Positions 37,816 to 47,389 of a DNA stretch of 64,000 nt are shown here, in pieces. The DNA comes from an uncultured Bdellovibrionales bacterium (GTDB taxonomy: Bacteria; Patescibacteriota; Minisyncoccia; Moranbacterales; UBA1568), in the NCBI GenBank assembly GCA_964612055.1, contig CAZTBI010000001.1, positions 292,824-356,823 on the forward strand. The letters are read 5' to 3'. Position 1 is the first letter of the stretch, and each line of letters starts with the position of its first letter. Made by a program: the position numbers and the translations under genes. The notes beneath the pieces were generated by a model that was not told the DNA's origin, did no database searches, and was given only the letters and a program-made list of their open reading frames with translations.

Positions 37816-37849
37816 ATGTTTCTACTCTATCGTAAAACGACCTTTCGCA

Positions 37850-38812
37850 CTACAGTGACTCGTTTGCTGATAGCGCCCTCCCCTTCAGAAGCATCAATTT
37901 TTGAAACATAATATCCCAGATACCTTGATTACACTGCGCCGTGACCATTTCCTCATCCTCTGCGGTCAAGGTCACCGGATCAATCTTCTGATCCTTCATA
38001 AGGTGGTACATGATTGAGCGCGGATTAGTTCCATGTCCCAGCCCAAGAGCATGGCCAAATTCATGTACAAGCACCGCTCGAAGATGCGGCAAGTCATCGT
38101 ATTGATAGATGTTGATTTCCTCCACCACATACTCGCCCTGATCAAATTCCCCTCCTTCTCCATAACGATCCACAAATTCGTCCACTTGCTCATTGTATTC
38201 ATTGACGAGCGCCACTTTCTGTTTCGAAAAAGCATTCACTTGTCCTGCCAAACGATTCACTTCCTGCCGTTTCAACTCCAGTTCCTGACGATTTTTTTCC
38301 AGTGTCTCAGATATGTCCTGCAACTTTTCATATTCCTCTTTCGGAGCACCGCCTCGCTCATTCCACTTCTCCACTTCGGCATTGTAAGCGAAAAGACGTT
38401 TCTTAAAAGATGAGAGCATGCGTTCATACTCTTGACTTACCTTCTCATACGAAGCGAGTGTTTTTGTCTGCTGCTGCTCGAGCGTTTCTTGCGTGGTATT
38501 CGTTTTTTCAAGAGACGCCTCCAATTTATTCGCTTCAAGAGTCTGCTCCTGTCGCTCATCAAAAATAAGATTCAGCTTAAATGCCGCTCCCGGAACAGAA
38601 TGGAAAAGCTCTCTCCCAAGAACACCCTCCCAAGAACGCTCTGCCGTAGCTACTTCTTTGAGGAAAGCTTCCTGACTAATACCAAAACGAGCATCGAAGG
38701 TGCCAAGTGAATACTCAATCGGCTTCTGACAAGGCAGGGCTTGGCGCCATAGAAAAATTCCACCTGAAATTAAGGCTGCCAGAAAACCATATTGCAGCAA
38801 CTTTTTCAACAT
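37850..38812 (-). CDS. Membrane-anchored metzincin-type zinc metalloprotease (matrixin-like) with coiled-coil region
   Basis: HEFGHALGLGH (HExxHxxGxxH) plus Met-turn SIMY. N-terminal TM. Central Q/E-rich coiled coil. Confidence 0.75.
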   Translation of the reverse strand: MLKKLLQYGFLAALISGGIFLWRQALPCQKPIEYSLGTFDARFGISQEAFLKEVATAERSWEGVLGRELFHSVPGAAFKLNLIFDERQEQTLEANKLEASLEKTNTTQETLEQQQTKTLASYEKVSQEYERMLSSFKKRLFAYNAEVEKWNERGGAPKEEYEKLQDISETLEKNRQELELKRQEVNRLAGQVNAFSKQKVALVNEYNEQVDEFVDRYGEGGEFDQGEYVVEEINIYQYDDLPHLRAVLVHEFGHALGLGHGTNPRSIMYHLMKDQKIDPVTLTAEDEEMVTAQCNQGIWDIMFQKLMLLKGRALSANESL

Positions 38813-38824
38813 AGAGGCAACATC

Positions 38825-41215
38825 CTAAACGCGAAGACGTCCGCCACGACTCGCGGCTAAAGCCACGATACGATCGAACGCAGCATCCATTTCCGCACTC
38901 GAAAGGGTTCGATCTGGCGCTCCGAAAGAAAGATGGAAAGCGAAACTTTTTTCACCATCCTTCTCGTAAATATCAAAGAGTTCTGACTGCTGAAGCAATG
39001 GCGCCCCACCTCCAGACAGTAACCGTTCGACTTCGCTCACGGTCATTTTTCGAGGAAAAACGAGCGAGATATCACGAAGAGCATACGGAAACTTTTGGAG
39101 CGGCGTAAACACCGTCTCTCTTTTCTGTAACTTCAGTAACTCTGAAACAACGAATCCCCCAATCGTAACCCGCGGCTCAAGACCAAAGGCTTTCAATACT
39201 TGCGGATGAATTTCGCCAATGACACCAATGACCTGTCCATGTGCTACATAACAAGCACTGCGCGTTGGATGAAGCATCGCGAGTACCGGGATTTCTTTGT
39301 ACTTCTCCGGTGATTCAAGCGTCATCTGCGAAGCATCAATATGAAGCGCCGAAAGCAAAGCCGCCATTTTCCCCTTCATTCCGTAAAAATTTGACCCTCG
39401 CTCGCTCTTCTTCGCAGCTACCGACAGGAGCGACAGTGCCGTCACTTCAACCGGCTTCTTCGTTTTCCCGTCCTTGGCAAAAACCTTCCCCCACTCGAAA
39501 CAATCAAAGCTTTCAAAATGTCGGATATTTTCCGCTGCCTTACGCAAATGAAGCGGAGCCAGTGTCATACGAAGATACTTCTGATCTGGACTGAGTGGAT
39601 TTTCAAGCTCCAGATGATGCTCTACTGGTAAACGTGTAGCGGCAATTTCTTTCTCGCCATAAAAAGAATAGGTCATGAGCTCATCGAAACCGGCGGAAGC
39701 TAAATACTCCTTGGTATCACGTTCGAAAATCTTTTCCGGATTCTTTGGACTGGCAGTAAGCGGCAACAGTGGCGCCGCAGCCTTGATACCATCATAGCCA
39801 TGCATGCGACCAATTTCTTCAATCAAATCCCATTCGTCACGGAGATCAGGACGCCTCGTTGATACCGTCACAGAAACTATATTCTGATTAGCCACCTTTT
39901 TCACTTTCAATCCAAGAAGAGCCAGATGTTGCACCACTTCGAAAAGTGGCAGCTTCACACCAAGAACATGCTCTACTCGATCGAGCGAAAGATTCACTTT
40001 CCATGAAGCTACTTCTTTCGGGTATACATCACGCATGCCGACGATCTTGCCACCACACAATCCCGGTAAAAGAGCGGCCGCCTCTCGCAATGCCTCACCA
40101 ACCAGATTCGGATCGAGATTGCGCTCGAAACGATAACTGGCATCAGTCGGGAGATTATGACGATTCTTGGTGCGACGAATAGATGACCCTTCGAAATTTG
40201 CTATTTCGAGAAAGATATTTTTTGTCTCTGCCGTGACGGCCGAGAACTGCCCGCCCATCACTCCTGCCAAGGCCAAGGCATGTTTCTTATCAGCAATCAC
40301 CAAATCATCTGAAGAAAGTTTCCTGGTATCACCATTAAGCAAGACCAGCTTTTCATTTTTCTTAGCTCGACGCACGATGATAGGACTATGGAGCTTATCC
40401 GCGTCAAAGGCATGCATCGGCTGTCCAGTCAGAAGCATGAGATAGTTGGTCACATCAACAATGTTGTTGATGGGCCGTAGTCCCGAAACGATGAGGCGCA
40501 CCTTCAGCCAGAGTGGTGATTCACCTACCGTGACACCTTTCAGCAGGAGCGCTCCATAACGCAAGCAGCCTTGTTTATCAGCAATGACCACTTTTGGCGC
40601 TTTATTATACGATGAGAGGCGAACTGGCTTTTGTAATTTCTGACCAAAATGTGGTGCATAGCCATCAAGCGCTGCAATCTCACGCGCCAAGCCCTGATAA
40701 GCCAAAGCATCAGAACCACGATCCGGCAAAATCTTAACCTCAATAATACTGTCATCGAGGCCCACAAATTTCACAAACGACGCTCCCACTGGCGCATCTA
40801 GAGAAAGGACGAGGATGCCAGAATGATCATCCCCGAGACCAAGTTCTTTAGCCGAACAAATCATGCCATTCGACTCAATACCGCGAAGTTTCGCCACTTT
40901 AATTTCGATGCCGCCAGGAAGTTTCGTGCCAGGCAACGCCACGACTACTTTCTGACCCTCAGCGATATTGGGCGCACCACAGACAATCGTGCGGACATCT
41001 TTCTTTCCTACCTCCACCTCTGCCACACGCAGTTTGTCGGCATCTGGATGTTGCGTGAGGGCTACGACTTTCCCGATCACTACATCATCAATCCCGAGTG
41101 TAAATTTTTCGATCCCCTCCACTTCAAAAGCATGCGCCATCAAAAGCTTTGCTAATTGCTCAGCACTTTTTTTGGTTCCGGAGAGTTCTTTGAGGATACG
41201 ATAGCTATATTTCAT
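38825..41215 (-). CDS. pheT: Phenylalanine--tRNA ligase beta subunit
   Basis: 796 aa. B3/B4, tRNA-binding, B5 and FDX-ACB domains. Directly downstream of pheS. Confidence 0.95.
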   Translation of the reverse strand: MKYSYRILKELSGTKKSAEQLAKLLMAHAFEVEGIEKFTLGIDDVVIGKVVALTQHPDADKLRVAEVEVGKKDVRTIVCGAPNIAEGQKVVVALPGTKLPGGIEIKVAKLRGIESNGMICSAKELGLGDDHSGILVLSLDAPVGASFVKFVGLDDSIIEVKILPDRGSDALAYQGLAREIAALDGYAPHFGQKLQKPVRLSSYNKAPKVVIADKQGCLRYGALLLKGVTVGESPLWLKVRLIVSGLRPINNIVDVTNYLMLLTGQPMHAFDADKLHSPIIVRRAKKNEKLVLLNGDTRKLSSDDLVIADKKHALALAGVMGGQFSAVTAETKNIFLEIANFEGSSIRRTKNRHNLPTDASYRFERNLDPNLVGEALREAAALLPGLCGGKIVGMRDVYPKEVASWKVNLSLDRVEHVLGVKLPLFEVVQHLALLGLKVKKVANQNIVSVTVSTRRPDLRDEWDLIEEIGRMHGYDGIKAAAPLLPLTASPKNPEKIFERDTKEYLASAGFDELMTYSFYGEKEIAATRLPVEHHLELENPLSPDQKYLRMTLAPLHLRKAAENIRHFESFDCFEWGKVFAKDGKTKKPVEVTALSLLSVAAKKSERGSNFYGMKGKMAALLSALHIDASQMTLESPEKYKEIPVLAMLHPTRSACYVAHGQVIGVIGEIHPQVLKAFGLEPRVTIGGFVVSELLKLQKRETVFTPLQKFPYALRDISLVFPRKMTVSEVERLLSGGGAPLLQQSELFDIYEKDGEKSFAFHLSFGAPDRTLSSAEMDAAFDRIVALAASRGGRLRV

Positions 41216-41218
41216 ATA

Positions 41219-42256
41219 CTAAAATTGCCGGATAAAACGGAGGTCACCTGACATGAGGAGGCGGATATCAGTAATCTTGTACTTCATCATGGCCAGTCGC
41301 GTCATACCAAAACCCCAGGCAAACCCTTGATAGACACCGCGCTTGTATCCAGCAGATTCAAAAACCTTTTGATTCACCATGCCGGCCCCACCAATCTCAA
41401 GCCAACCACTTTGCTTACACGTGGCACAGCCTTTGCCTTCACAGAGAATACAGCTAATGTCGAATTCAAATGATGGCTCAGTAAAAGGAAAAAAGCTCGG
41501 CCTTAGACGAATGCTCACTTTTTCGCCAAAAAACTTACTGAAAAACTCTTCGGCCACATGCTTGAAGGTTGCTACAGTCACCTGACCTTCGACATCCACC
41601 ATGAGGCATTCAAACTGATGAAATGTGTGCTCATGAGAAGCATCAGTCGCTTCATTACGAAAGACTCGTCCCGGGACAATGACGCGGAGCGGCGGCTTAT
41701 GCGCCTCCAAATAGCGCACCTGAACACCGGAAGTATGAGTACGTGGAAGATAGCGATCCTTGAGTTTTTTCTCCGGCTTCACCCAAAAAGTATCTTGCAT
41801 ATCACGCGAGGGGTGATCCTTAGGAAAGTTGAGAGCATCGAAATTGTAGCGTTCCATTTCTACTTCTGGACCATCGGCAATGGCAAAGCCCATGGAAGCA
41901 AAGATGTCTTCGATCTCATGTTCCAGACGAGTAATCGGGTGCAAATGACCAGCACGAACCGACGTTCCTGGTGCGGTGATATCTATCCCTTCAGCTTGCC
42001 AATCAACACTGTTTTCGAGGAGTTCTTTCTTCTTGGTATCAAACAGAGCGATCAACTGCTGCTTGGTACTGTTCCCCAGTGGTCCCACGACCTTTTTTTC
42101 TTCTGGAGAAAGATCGCGCAGTCCTTTCAAGAGGTTATTGAGCTCACTTTTGCGACCGAGATATTTCACTTCCCATGCCTCAAGTTCCGCCATCGTCATG
42201 ATGGCAGGAAGTGACTCCTCGCCCGCTCTTCCAATTTTTTCAATCTGTTCTTTCAT
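41219..42256 (-). CDS. pheS: Phenylalanine--tRNA ligase alpha subunit
   Basis: 345 aa. Class II motifs (FRNE, GxGxER). Confidence 0.95.
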   Translation of the reverse strand: MKEQIEKIGRAGEESLPAIMTMAELEAWEVKYLGRKSELNNLLKGLRDLSPEEKKVVGPLGNSTKQQLIALFDTKKKELLENSVDWQAEGIDITAPGTSVRAGHLHPITRLEHEIEDIFASMGFAIADGPEVEMERYNFDALNFPKDHPSRDMQDTFWVKPEKKLKDRYLPRTHTSGVQVRYLEAHKPPLRVIVPGRVFRNEATDASHEHTFHQFECLMVDVEGQVTVATFKHVAEEFFSKFFGEKVSIRLRPSFFPFTEPSFEFDISCILCEGKGCATCKQSGWLEIGGAGMVNQKVFESAGYKRGVYQGFAWGFGMTRLAMMKYKITDIRLLMSGDLRFIRQF

Positions 42257-42448
42257 GTCCGTATTCTAATTGAGAAAAGTGTTCTTATCAAACTTTCAAC
42301 AATTTCCTAAAGGGTTCTCACAAACTTTACAGCGCGACTTGAAAGTGTGCGAGCACGGTGCCGTTCTGTTTCAGGACGGATCGCACGCTTTCACGTCAAT
42401 CAAAGTCTCGCCGGGACTTTGATGGCGATGAAAGTTTCGTGAGAAAAC

Positions 42449-43642
42449 TTAGTGGAAAGTTATTTTTACAAAATCCTTCTTTCCCACCTTCACTACCTTC
42501 CCGTCATGCATACCTTTCTCAAATATCGTATCTGCAGATAATTTATCACCATCAATAGAAACACCACCCTGTTCTGCCTTGCGACGGGCATCCGTCTTAC
42601 TGTCTGCTAGGTCAGCTTCTACCAACATATCAATCAACTTTCCTCCCTCAATAACAGTAACTGTTCGAACGTCTTCTGGCACACTCCCTTTCGAAAAAGT
42701 ATCCACAAAATACTGTTCAGCCTTCTTAGCCTCATCTTCACCATGATAAAGCTTTACGATTTCAGTCGCCAAACGCACCTTGGCATCACGCGGATTGCCA
42801 CCAGTTACCATCTCTTCAGCCATTTTGGCGATTTCGGCCATCGGTACGCGCGTACAATGCACGAAGTAATCGGTGATCAGATTATCAGGAACGCTCATCA
42901 CCTTGCCGAACATATCATTCGGAGCATCCATGAGATTGATGGTATTGCCCCAGCTCGAACTCATCTTGCGACCATCGGTTCCAAGAATCAGGTTGGTCAT
43001 CAAAATATCTTGTGATTCCTGCCCATGAGCCTCCTGCAAACGGCGGCCAGCCAGCAGATTGAAACGCTGATCAATACCACCAAGCTCCACATCGGCATTC
43101 ACCGCGATACTGTCAAAACCCTGCATGAGTGGATAGAGCACCTCACGGAGTGACACGCGCTTCCCTTCATCGAGACGCTTTCTGATATTTTCCCGAGAGA
43201 TAAATTCAGCGAGCGAAAAAGCATTGGCCTGCTGCCCGATTTCCTCATACCCGAGTTCCCCGAGCCAAGTGGAGTTGTAATGCACCTCAGCTTGCTCGAG
43301 ATCGATAAGTTTCCCCAGCTGCTCCGTGTAGGTCTTCATATTCTCCTCAATGGCATCCTTCGCGAGCATTGGTCGTTCACTGTCTTTGTCTGAGGTATCG
43401 CCGATAACTCCCGTAAAATCCCCCACAATGAGAACAATTTTATGTCCCAGAGCTTGCAAATCACGCATTTTCAAGAGCACCACAGCTCGACCGATATGAA
43501 TATTGGCACTGGTCGGATCGATACCAAGCTTGATCCGCAGCGGTTTATCCGAAAGCAGTCTTTTCTTTAGGTGTTCCCGATCAATCACCTCCGCTACACC
43601 GCGAGAAAGAATTTCATCAATCAGTTGTTCTTTGTTTTGCAT
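42449..43642 (-). CDS. tyrS: Tyrosine--tRNA ligase (with C-terminal S4 domain)
   Basis: HIGH-like GIDPTSANIHIGR and KMSSS (KMSKS) motifs. C-terminal S4 domain. Confidence 0.95.
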   Translation of the reverse strand: MQNKEQLIDEILSRGVAEVIDREHLKKRLLSDKPLRIKLGIDPTSANIHIGRAVVLLKMRDLQALGHKIVLIVGDFTGVIGDTSDKDSERPMLAKDAIEENMKTYTEQLGKLIDLEQAEVHYNSTWLGELGYEEIGQQANAFSLAEFISRENIRKRLDEGKRVSLREVLYPLMQGFDSIAVNADVELGGIDQRFNLLAGRRLQEAHGQESQDILMTNLILGTDGRKMSSSWGNTINLMDAPNDMFGKVMSVPDNLITDYFVHCTRVPMAEIAKMAEEMVTGGNPRDAKVRLATEIVKLYHGEDEAKKAEQYFVDTFSKGSVPEDVRTVTVIEGGKLIDMLVEADLADSKTDARRKAEQGGVSIDGDKLSADTIFEKGMHDGKVVKVGKKDFVKITFH

Positions 43643-43653
43643 ACGGGCAAAAA

Positions 43654-43947
43654 TTATTTTAACCCAAAACGTGCTTTGGCGAGACGATACTGGTCGTCAG
43701 ACATTTGGCCAGCCTTGCGCATCGCTTCGAGCGAGGTCATGATCTCGTCTTTGTGTTTGGCAATATTTTTTGGTGTCATGGTCTTCTTGATCACCTTGTC
43801 CCGTTCAGCTGGGCTCATTTTGAGAAAACGTTTGTACGCCAACCGCTGAAGCATACCCATATCCTTTGGGTCTGGCATTCCGGGAACGCTTGGCAGTTCA
43901 TCTTTTTCTTCGCCCTGATCGTTTTTCTTAAAGGGATTCCAATTCAT
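43654..43947 (-). CDS. Small basic hypothetical protein
   Basis: 97 aa, Lys-rich, no recognised motif. Fills the tyrS-secF gap on the same strand. Confidence 0.4.
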   Translation of the reverse strand: MNWNPFKKNDQGEEKDELPSVPGMPDPKDMGMLQRLAYKRFLKMSPAERDKVIKKTMTPKNIAKHKDEIMTSLEAMRKAGQMSDDQYRLAKARFGLK

Positions 43948-43999
43948 ATAAAGTAAGGAAAAGTATATTACAAACTACTACCTCCATCATAGCACCAAC

Positions 44000-44902
44000 C
44001 TACTTCTTCTTCGTCTTCATGCTATACCGTGTGACGAGCAGTGCTGAAGCGATATAGATAGACGAGTAGGTTCCGAAAGCCACTCCTGCAAGCAGTGCCA
44101 CCCCGAAATAACGAATACTCTCTCCGCCAAAGAGTACAATAGCCACCAGCGTGATGATGACGGTCATCGAGGTATTGATCGAACGACCAAGCGTCTCATT
44201 GAGGGAGCGGTTCACGATCATTTCAAAATCCTCTTTCCTACTCGAGCGCATCAAATTTTCACGTACTCGATCATAGACTACAATCGTATCGTTTACGGAG
44301 TACCCCAAAATAGTCAGGAGTGCTGCAATAAATGGCACACCCACTTCGATATCATAATACCTCCCCAGTAAAGCAAAGAGGCCGATCACAATAATAATGT
44401 CATGCGCTAGAGCAATGACCGCACCAAGACCATACTCCCACGAGGTGACGATACCCGATACCCGACGAAAAGCCCAGGCGATATACAGGGCAATACCAAT
44501 GATGGAAAGCGTGATACCAGAGAAAGCATTCTTTTTGATCTGATCGGAAACCGAGCCCCCAATAAAGTCAGTGCGGAGCTGTTTGATGTCAGAGTCCAGA
44601 GTTTTCAATTGCGCCACTACTTTTTCGTTGGCAGCTTCATCAGAGGCCAGGTAGCGGAGGAGCATACCTCGGTTGTCGGTTGGCTGAACCGTCAGACTCT
44701 TGAGCGAAAGCTCCGAAAGACTCGCTTCTATTTCCTGTACCTGTGGCACTGGATCTTTGGAGAACTGTAGCTCCATCAAAGTTCCTCCTTTGAAGTCGAT
44801 TCCAAACTTCAGCCCCCACACGGAAATCATCGCGATACTCACTATCGTCAGAACGATAGAGAGAGCATAAGCGTATTTTCTTTTTTGAATGATTTGCAAC
44901 AT
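44000..44902 (-). CDS. secF: Protein translocase subunit SecF
   Basis: 300 aa, 6 TM. Directly downstream of secD. Confidence 0.9.
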   Translation of the reverse strand: MLQIIQKRKYAYALSIVLTIVSIAMISVWGLKFGIDFKGGTLMELQFSKDPVPQVQEIEASLSELSLKSLTVQPTDNRGMLLRYLASDEAANEKVVAQLKTLDSDIKQLRTDFIGGSVSDQIKKNAFSGITLSIIGIALYIAWAFRRVSGIVTSWEYGLGAVIALAHDIIIVIGLFALLGRYYDIEVGVPFIAALLTILGYSVNDTIVVYDRVRENLMRSSRKEDFEMIVNRSLNETLGRSINTSMTVIITLVAIVLFGGESIRYFGVALLAGVAFGTYSSIYIASALLVTRYSMKTKKK

Positions 44903-44905
44903 AGG

Positions 44906-46591
44906 CTATTCGAGGGGTTTCTTAGGGGAAACAAGGAGTTTCGGGTGACGCTCCATCCAATCACCAGCAAGGAACGTGGTCGTGATACGGACGAGAACAA
45001 CGGCAGTGAAAAGCGAGAGGAGTACACCAAGAGCCAAGATCACTGCAAACCCCTTCACGAAACCCGTCCCGAGACCAATCAATATGACCGTCGTGATCAA
45101 AGTCGAAACGTGACCATCGCGAATACTCGGCCAAGCGCGGCGGAAACCTTCTTTGATGGAACGAATCACGCCCTTGCCATAGGACAATTCTTCACGAGTA
45201 CGCTCGAAAATAAGGACGTTGGCATCAACAGCGATACCGATCGAAAGAATGAATCCAGCGATACCCGAAAGTGTCACCGTGATAGCAAATGGCGTAAAGA
45301 CCGAGAGCTTGAAAAGGGTGAGCAACATGGCTGTATAGAGAAGAAGTGCCAGTACCGCCACCACTCCCAGAAGACGATAATAGAACACCATGAAAATGGC
45401 AACAGCCCCGAGGCCAACCAGTCCGGCAAACAAACTTTCCTTCAAAGCACTCTCTCCCAAAGAAGCGTCTACACTCTGCTGCCCTACCAAGGTGATTGGT
45501 ACCGGGAGCGCTCCTTCATTGAGACGTTTTACCAGGTCACTTGCTGTCTGGGTCGTGAAATCTCCCGTAATAACCGCCTGACCAGCGACAATTTCATTTT
45601 GCACTGTTGGCTGACTAATAATTTCATCATCCAAGAAAATTGCAACTGGCTTGCCAATGTTACGCTTGGTAATTTCAGCGAAGAGCTTCGTTCCTTCATC
45701 ATCAAACTGAAGGGCAATCTGTGGCGAACCAATCCCCTGGGCCTGATAATCGACGTACGCATTTTTCAAATTCTTCCCCGAAAGACCTGTCACTTTCCAG
45801 GCGAGTTTCGGAAAATCAGCCGCCGTATATTTCGTAAACAAAATATGCGCACCATGCACTTCACGTTCATCGCCTTCACCACGTTCCTCAATCTTCTTGA
45901 TCACGTGCCAACCAAACTGTGTTTCAACGAGCTTTGGATACACTTCTCCCGAAAGCAAAGCGGGGTCAAAGAGTACCGTATCAAACTCATCCACAAAGAC
46001 GCCCCTTTTCACGAAATCAAGATCCCCGCCAGTATCTCTAGATCCTGGATCCTGACTCAACTGAGCGGCAAGTTTTGAGAAATCCTCTCCCATGATAGCT
46101 TGCCGAATCGCGTCTTCTGCCCTTTCCTTATTACTCTGATTGAGCGCATCAATCTGCTCTTGATCTTCAGGACTCACGCCGTCAGCCTGTTCACGAAATT
46201 CCAAAAATGGCGTCTCTTTGATCATCTTTTTTGCTTGCTCAATATCTTTGATACCAGGAAGCTCAACGATGATGCGATGTTCACTTCCTGAACGGGAAAG
46301 CTGCACCAGAGGCTCACCAACACCGAAAGCATTGACGCGGCGCTCGATCACCGCTTCTGCTGCCACTAAGGCATCGTTCACTTTGGCACTTTCAATCTGT
46401 GAAACATCAGCCTTGTACTCCAAGTGGATACCACCCTGAAGATCAAGTCCTTTATTCACTTTCAAGCCATCAAAAAAACTAAAAACAGGCGGCATGAATT
46501 TCACTGCCTGTGGATATGAAATGATGCCACAAACTAAGCCAAGAAGAAGCACCAAAGCGAATTGGTAGCGGATTTTTACCTGCTGTTTCAT
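44906..46591 (-). CDS. secD: Protein translocase subunit SecD
   Basis: 561 aa. Large periplasmic domain between TM1 and the TM2-6 bundle. Confidence 0.9.
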   Translation of the reverse strand: MKQQVKIRYQFALVLLLGLVCGIISYPQAVKFMPPVFSFFDGLKVNKGLDLQGGIHLEYKADVSQIESAKVNDALVAAEAVIERRVNAFGVGEPLVQLSRSGSEHRIIVELPGIKDIEQAKKMIKETPFLEFREQADGVSPEDQEQIDALNQSNKERAEDAIRQAIMGEDFSKLAAQLSQDPGSRDTGGDLDFVKRGVFVDEFDTVLFDPALLSGEVYPKLVETQFGWHVIKKIEERGEGDEREVHGAHILFTKYTAADFPKLAWKVTGLSGKNLKNAYVDYQAQGIGSPQIALQFDDEGTKLFAEITKRNIGKPVAIFLDDEIISQPTVQNEIVAGQAVITGDFTTQTASDLVKRLNEGALPVPITLVGQQSVDASLGESALKESLFAGLVGLGAVAIFMVFYYRLLGVVAVLALLLYTAMLLTLFKLSVFTPFAITVTLSGIAGFILSIGIAVDANVLIFERTREELSYGKGVIRSIKEGFRRAWPSIRDGHVSTLITTVILIGLGTGFVKGFAVILALGVLLSLFTAVVLVRITTTFLAGDWMERHPKLLVSPKKPLE

Positions 46592-46661
46592 GCTCTCGAG
46601 TATACCGGAAAGTCAGAATACAGGCAAACAGAAGCCAAAATGACATCATGGCCACCTTTGT

Positions 46662-46691
46662 ATTGACTGAATAAAGATTTTATGCTATATT
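46662..46691 (+). promoter_or_regulatory. Near-consensus sigma70 promoter (TTGACT-17 nt-TATATT)
   Basis: TTGACTgaataaagattttatgcTATATT lies about 70 nt upstream of the 46762 ATG. Confidence 0.55.
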
Positions 46692-46761
46692 AATTTTTCC
46701 CCCAAATCCTTGGGTGGAACGTCAGCGATGACGCCCAAAGCACCTTTACAAAGAGGTCACC

Positions 46762-47217
46762 ATGTTAATACTCCCTCACCATCAATTCACCCAATTCTCT
46801 TTCCCTGGAAGAGAACGGTGTAAATTACTTGGCCCATTCATACAAGGCCTAGGGACTCAAATTCCGACACAACCAAGTCCGTCACTCGTACTCTACAACG
46901 ACGGCGAACACTTGTACCAGGAATTGAACCACCCGTGGCCAGGACAAGAAAAAGTCTTTGACTGGCTTCCTTACCGGGAATATACCGGGGTCCGGAATTG
47001 TCCTAATGCTACTCGCTATCCGGAAATCGGAATCATTACCAAGGGTCACGACTTCGGAAGGCGAGCTCAAGTTCAAATTTTTCGTGGACTCCTGCGCAGC
47101 TATGAAGTGGCCATTCCGCCACTGCATGCCATGCATTTGATCCAATTTCCCTTTACGGACGCTTTTTTTGTCCGATGGATAGGTCGGACTCACCGACAAG
47201 CAAGAGTGGCCATATAA
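46762..47217 (+). CDS. Orphan hypothetical protein (151 aa)
   Basis: ATG preceded by AGAGGT (6 nt). Own promoter. No recognisable motif. An overlapping antisense ORF 46882-47292 is the alternative. Confidence 0.4.
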   Translation: MLILPHHQFTQFSFPGRERCKLLGPFIQGLGTQIPTQPSPSLVLYNDGEHLYQELNHPWPGQEKVFDWLPYREYTGVRNCPNATRYPEIGIITKGHDFGRRAQVQIFRGLLRSYEVAIPPLHAMHLIQFPFTDAFFVRWIGRTHRQARVAI

Positions 47218-47389
47218 AGTCGTAAGGCTCAATCGAATCTGATCGACACTTACAGAGGAAATCATTCCTCGAACGGAAACGAACGATTGCAAATGAGTAT
47301 GGGATATTTCTAATAGTTAGGAATATATCTCAGGAATCATTTTTAAAGCAAGAGTTCGTTTTTGAATTGCCAAAATCAATTTTTCTTAC

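Noticed and set aside
42257-42448. T-box riboswitch upstream of pheS
   Set aside because: It is structured, but I could not find the conserved T-box sequence (AGGGUGGNACCGCG) or a specifier-loop arrangement. It is kept only as an unclassified structured leader.
44885-46078. 397-aa plus-strand ORF spanning secF/secD
   Set aside because: It is antisense to two conserved Sec genes. Its composition is low-complexity (R/K/E-rich), typical of reverse-strand translation.
46592-47389. Possible tmRNA, RNase P RNA or SRP RNA in the low-coding gap
   Set aside because: I found no tRNA-like acceptor/T-arm. GGTTCAATTCC occurs but its flanks do not pair. There is no P4 GGAAAGUCCGG-type motif, no alanine-rich tag reading frame and no SRP domain IV motif.
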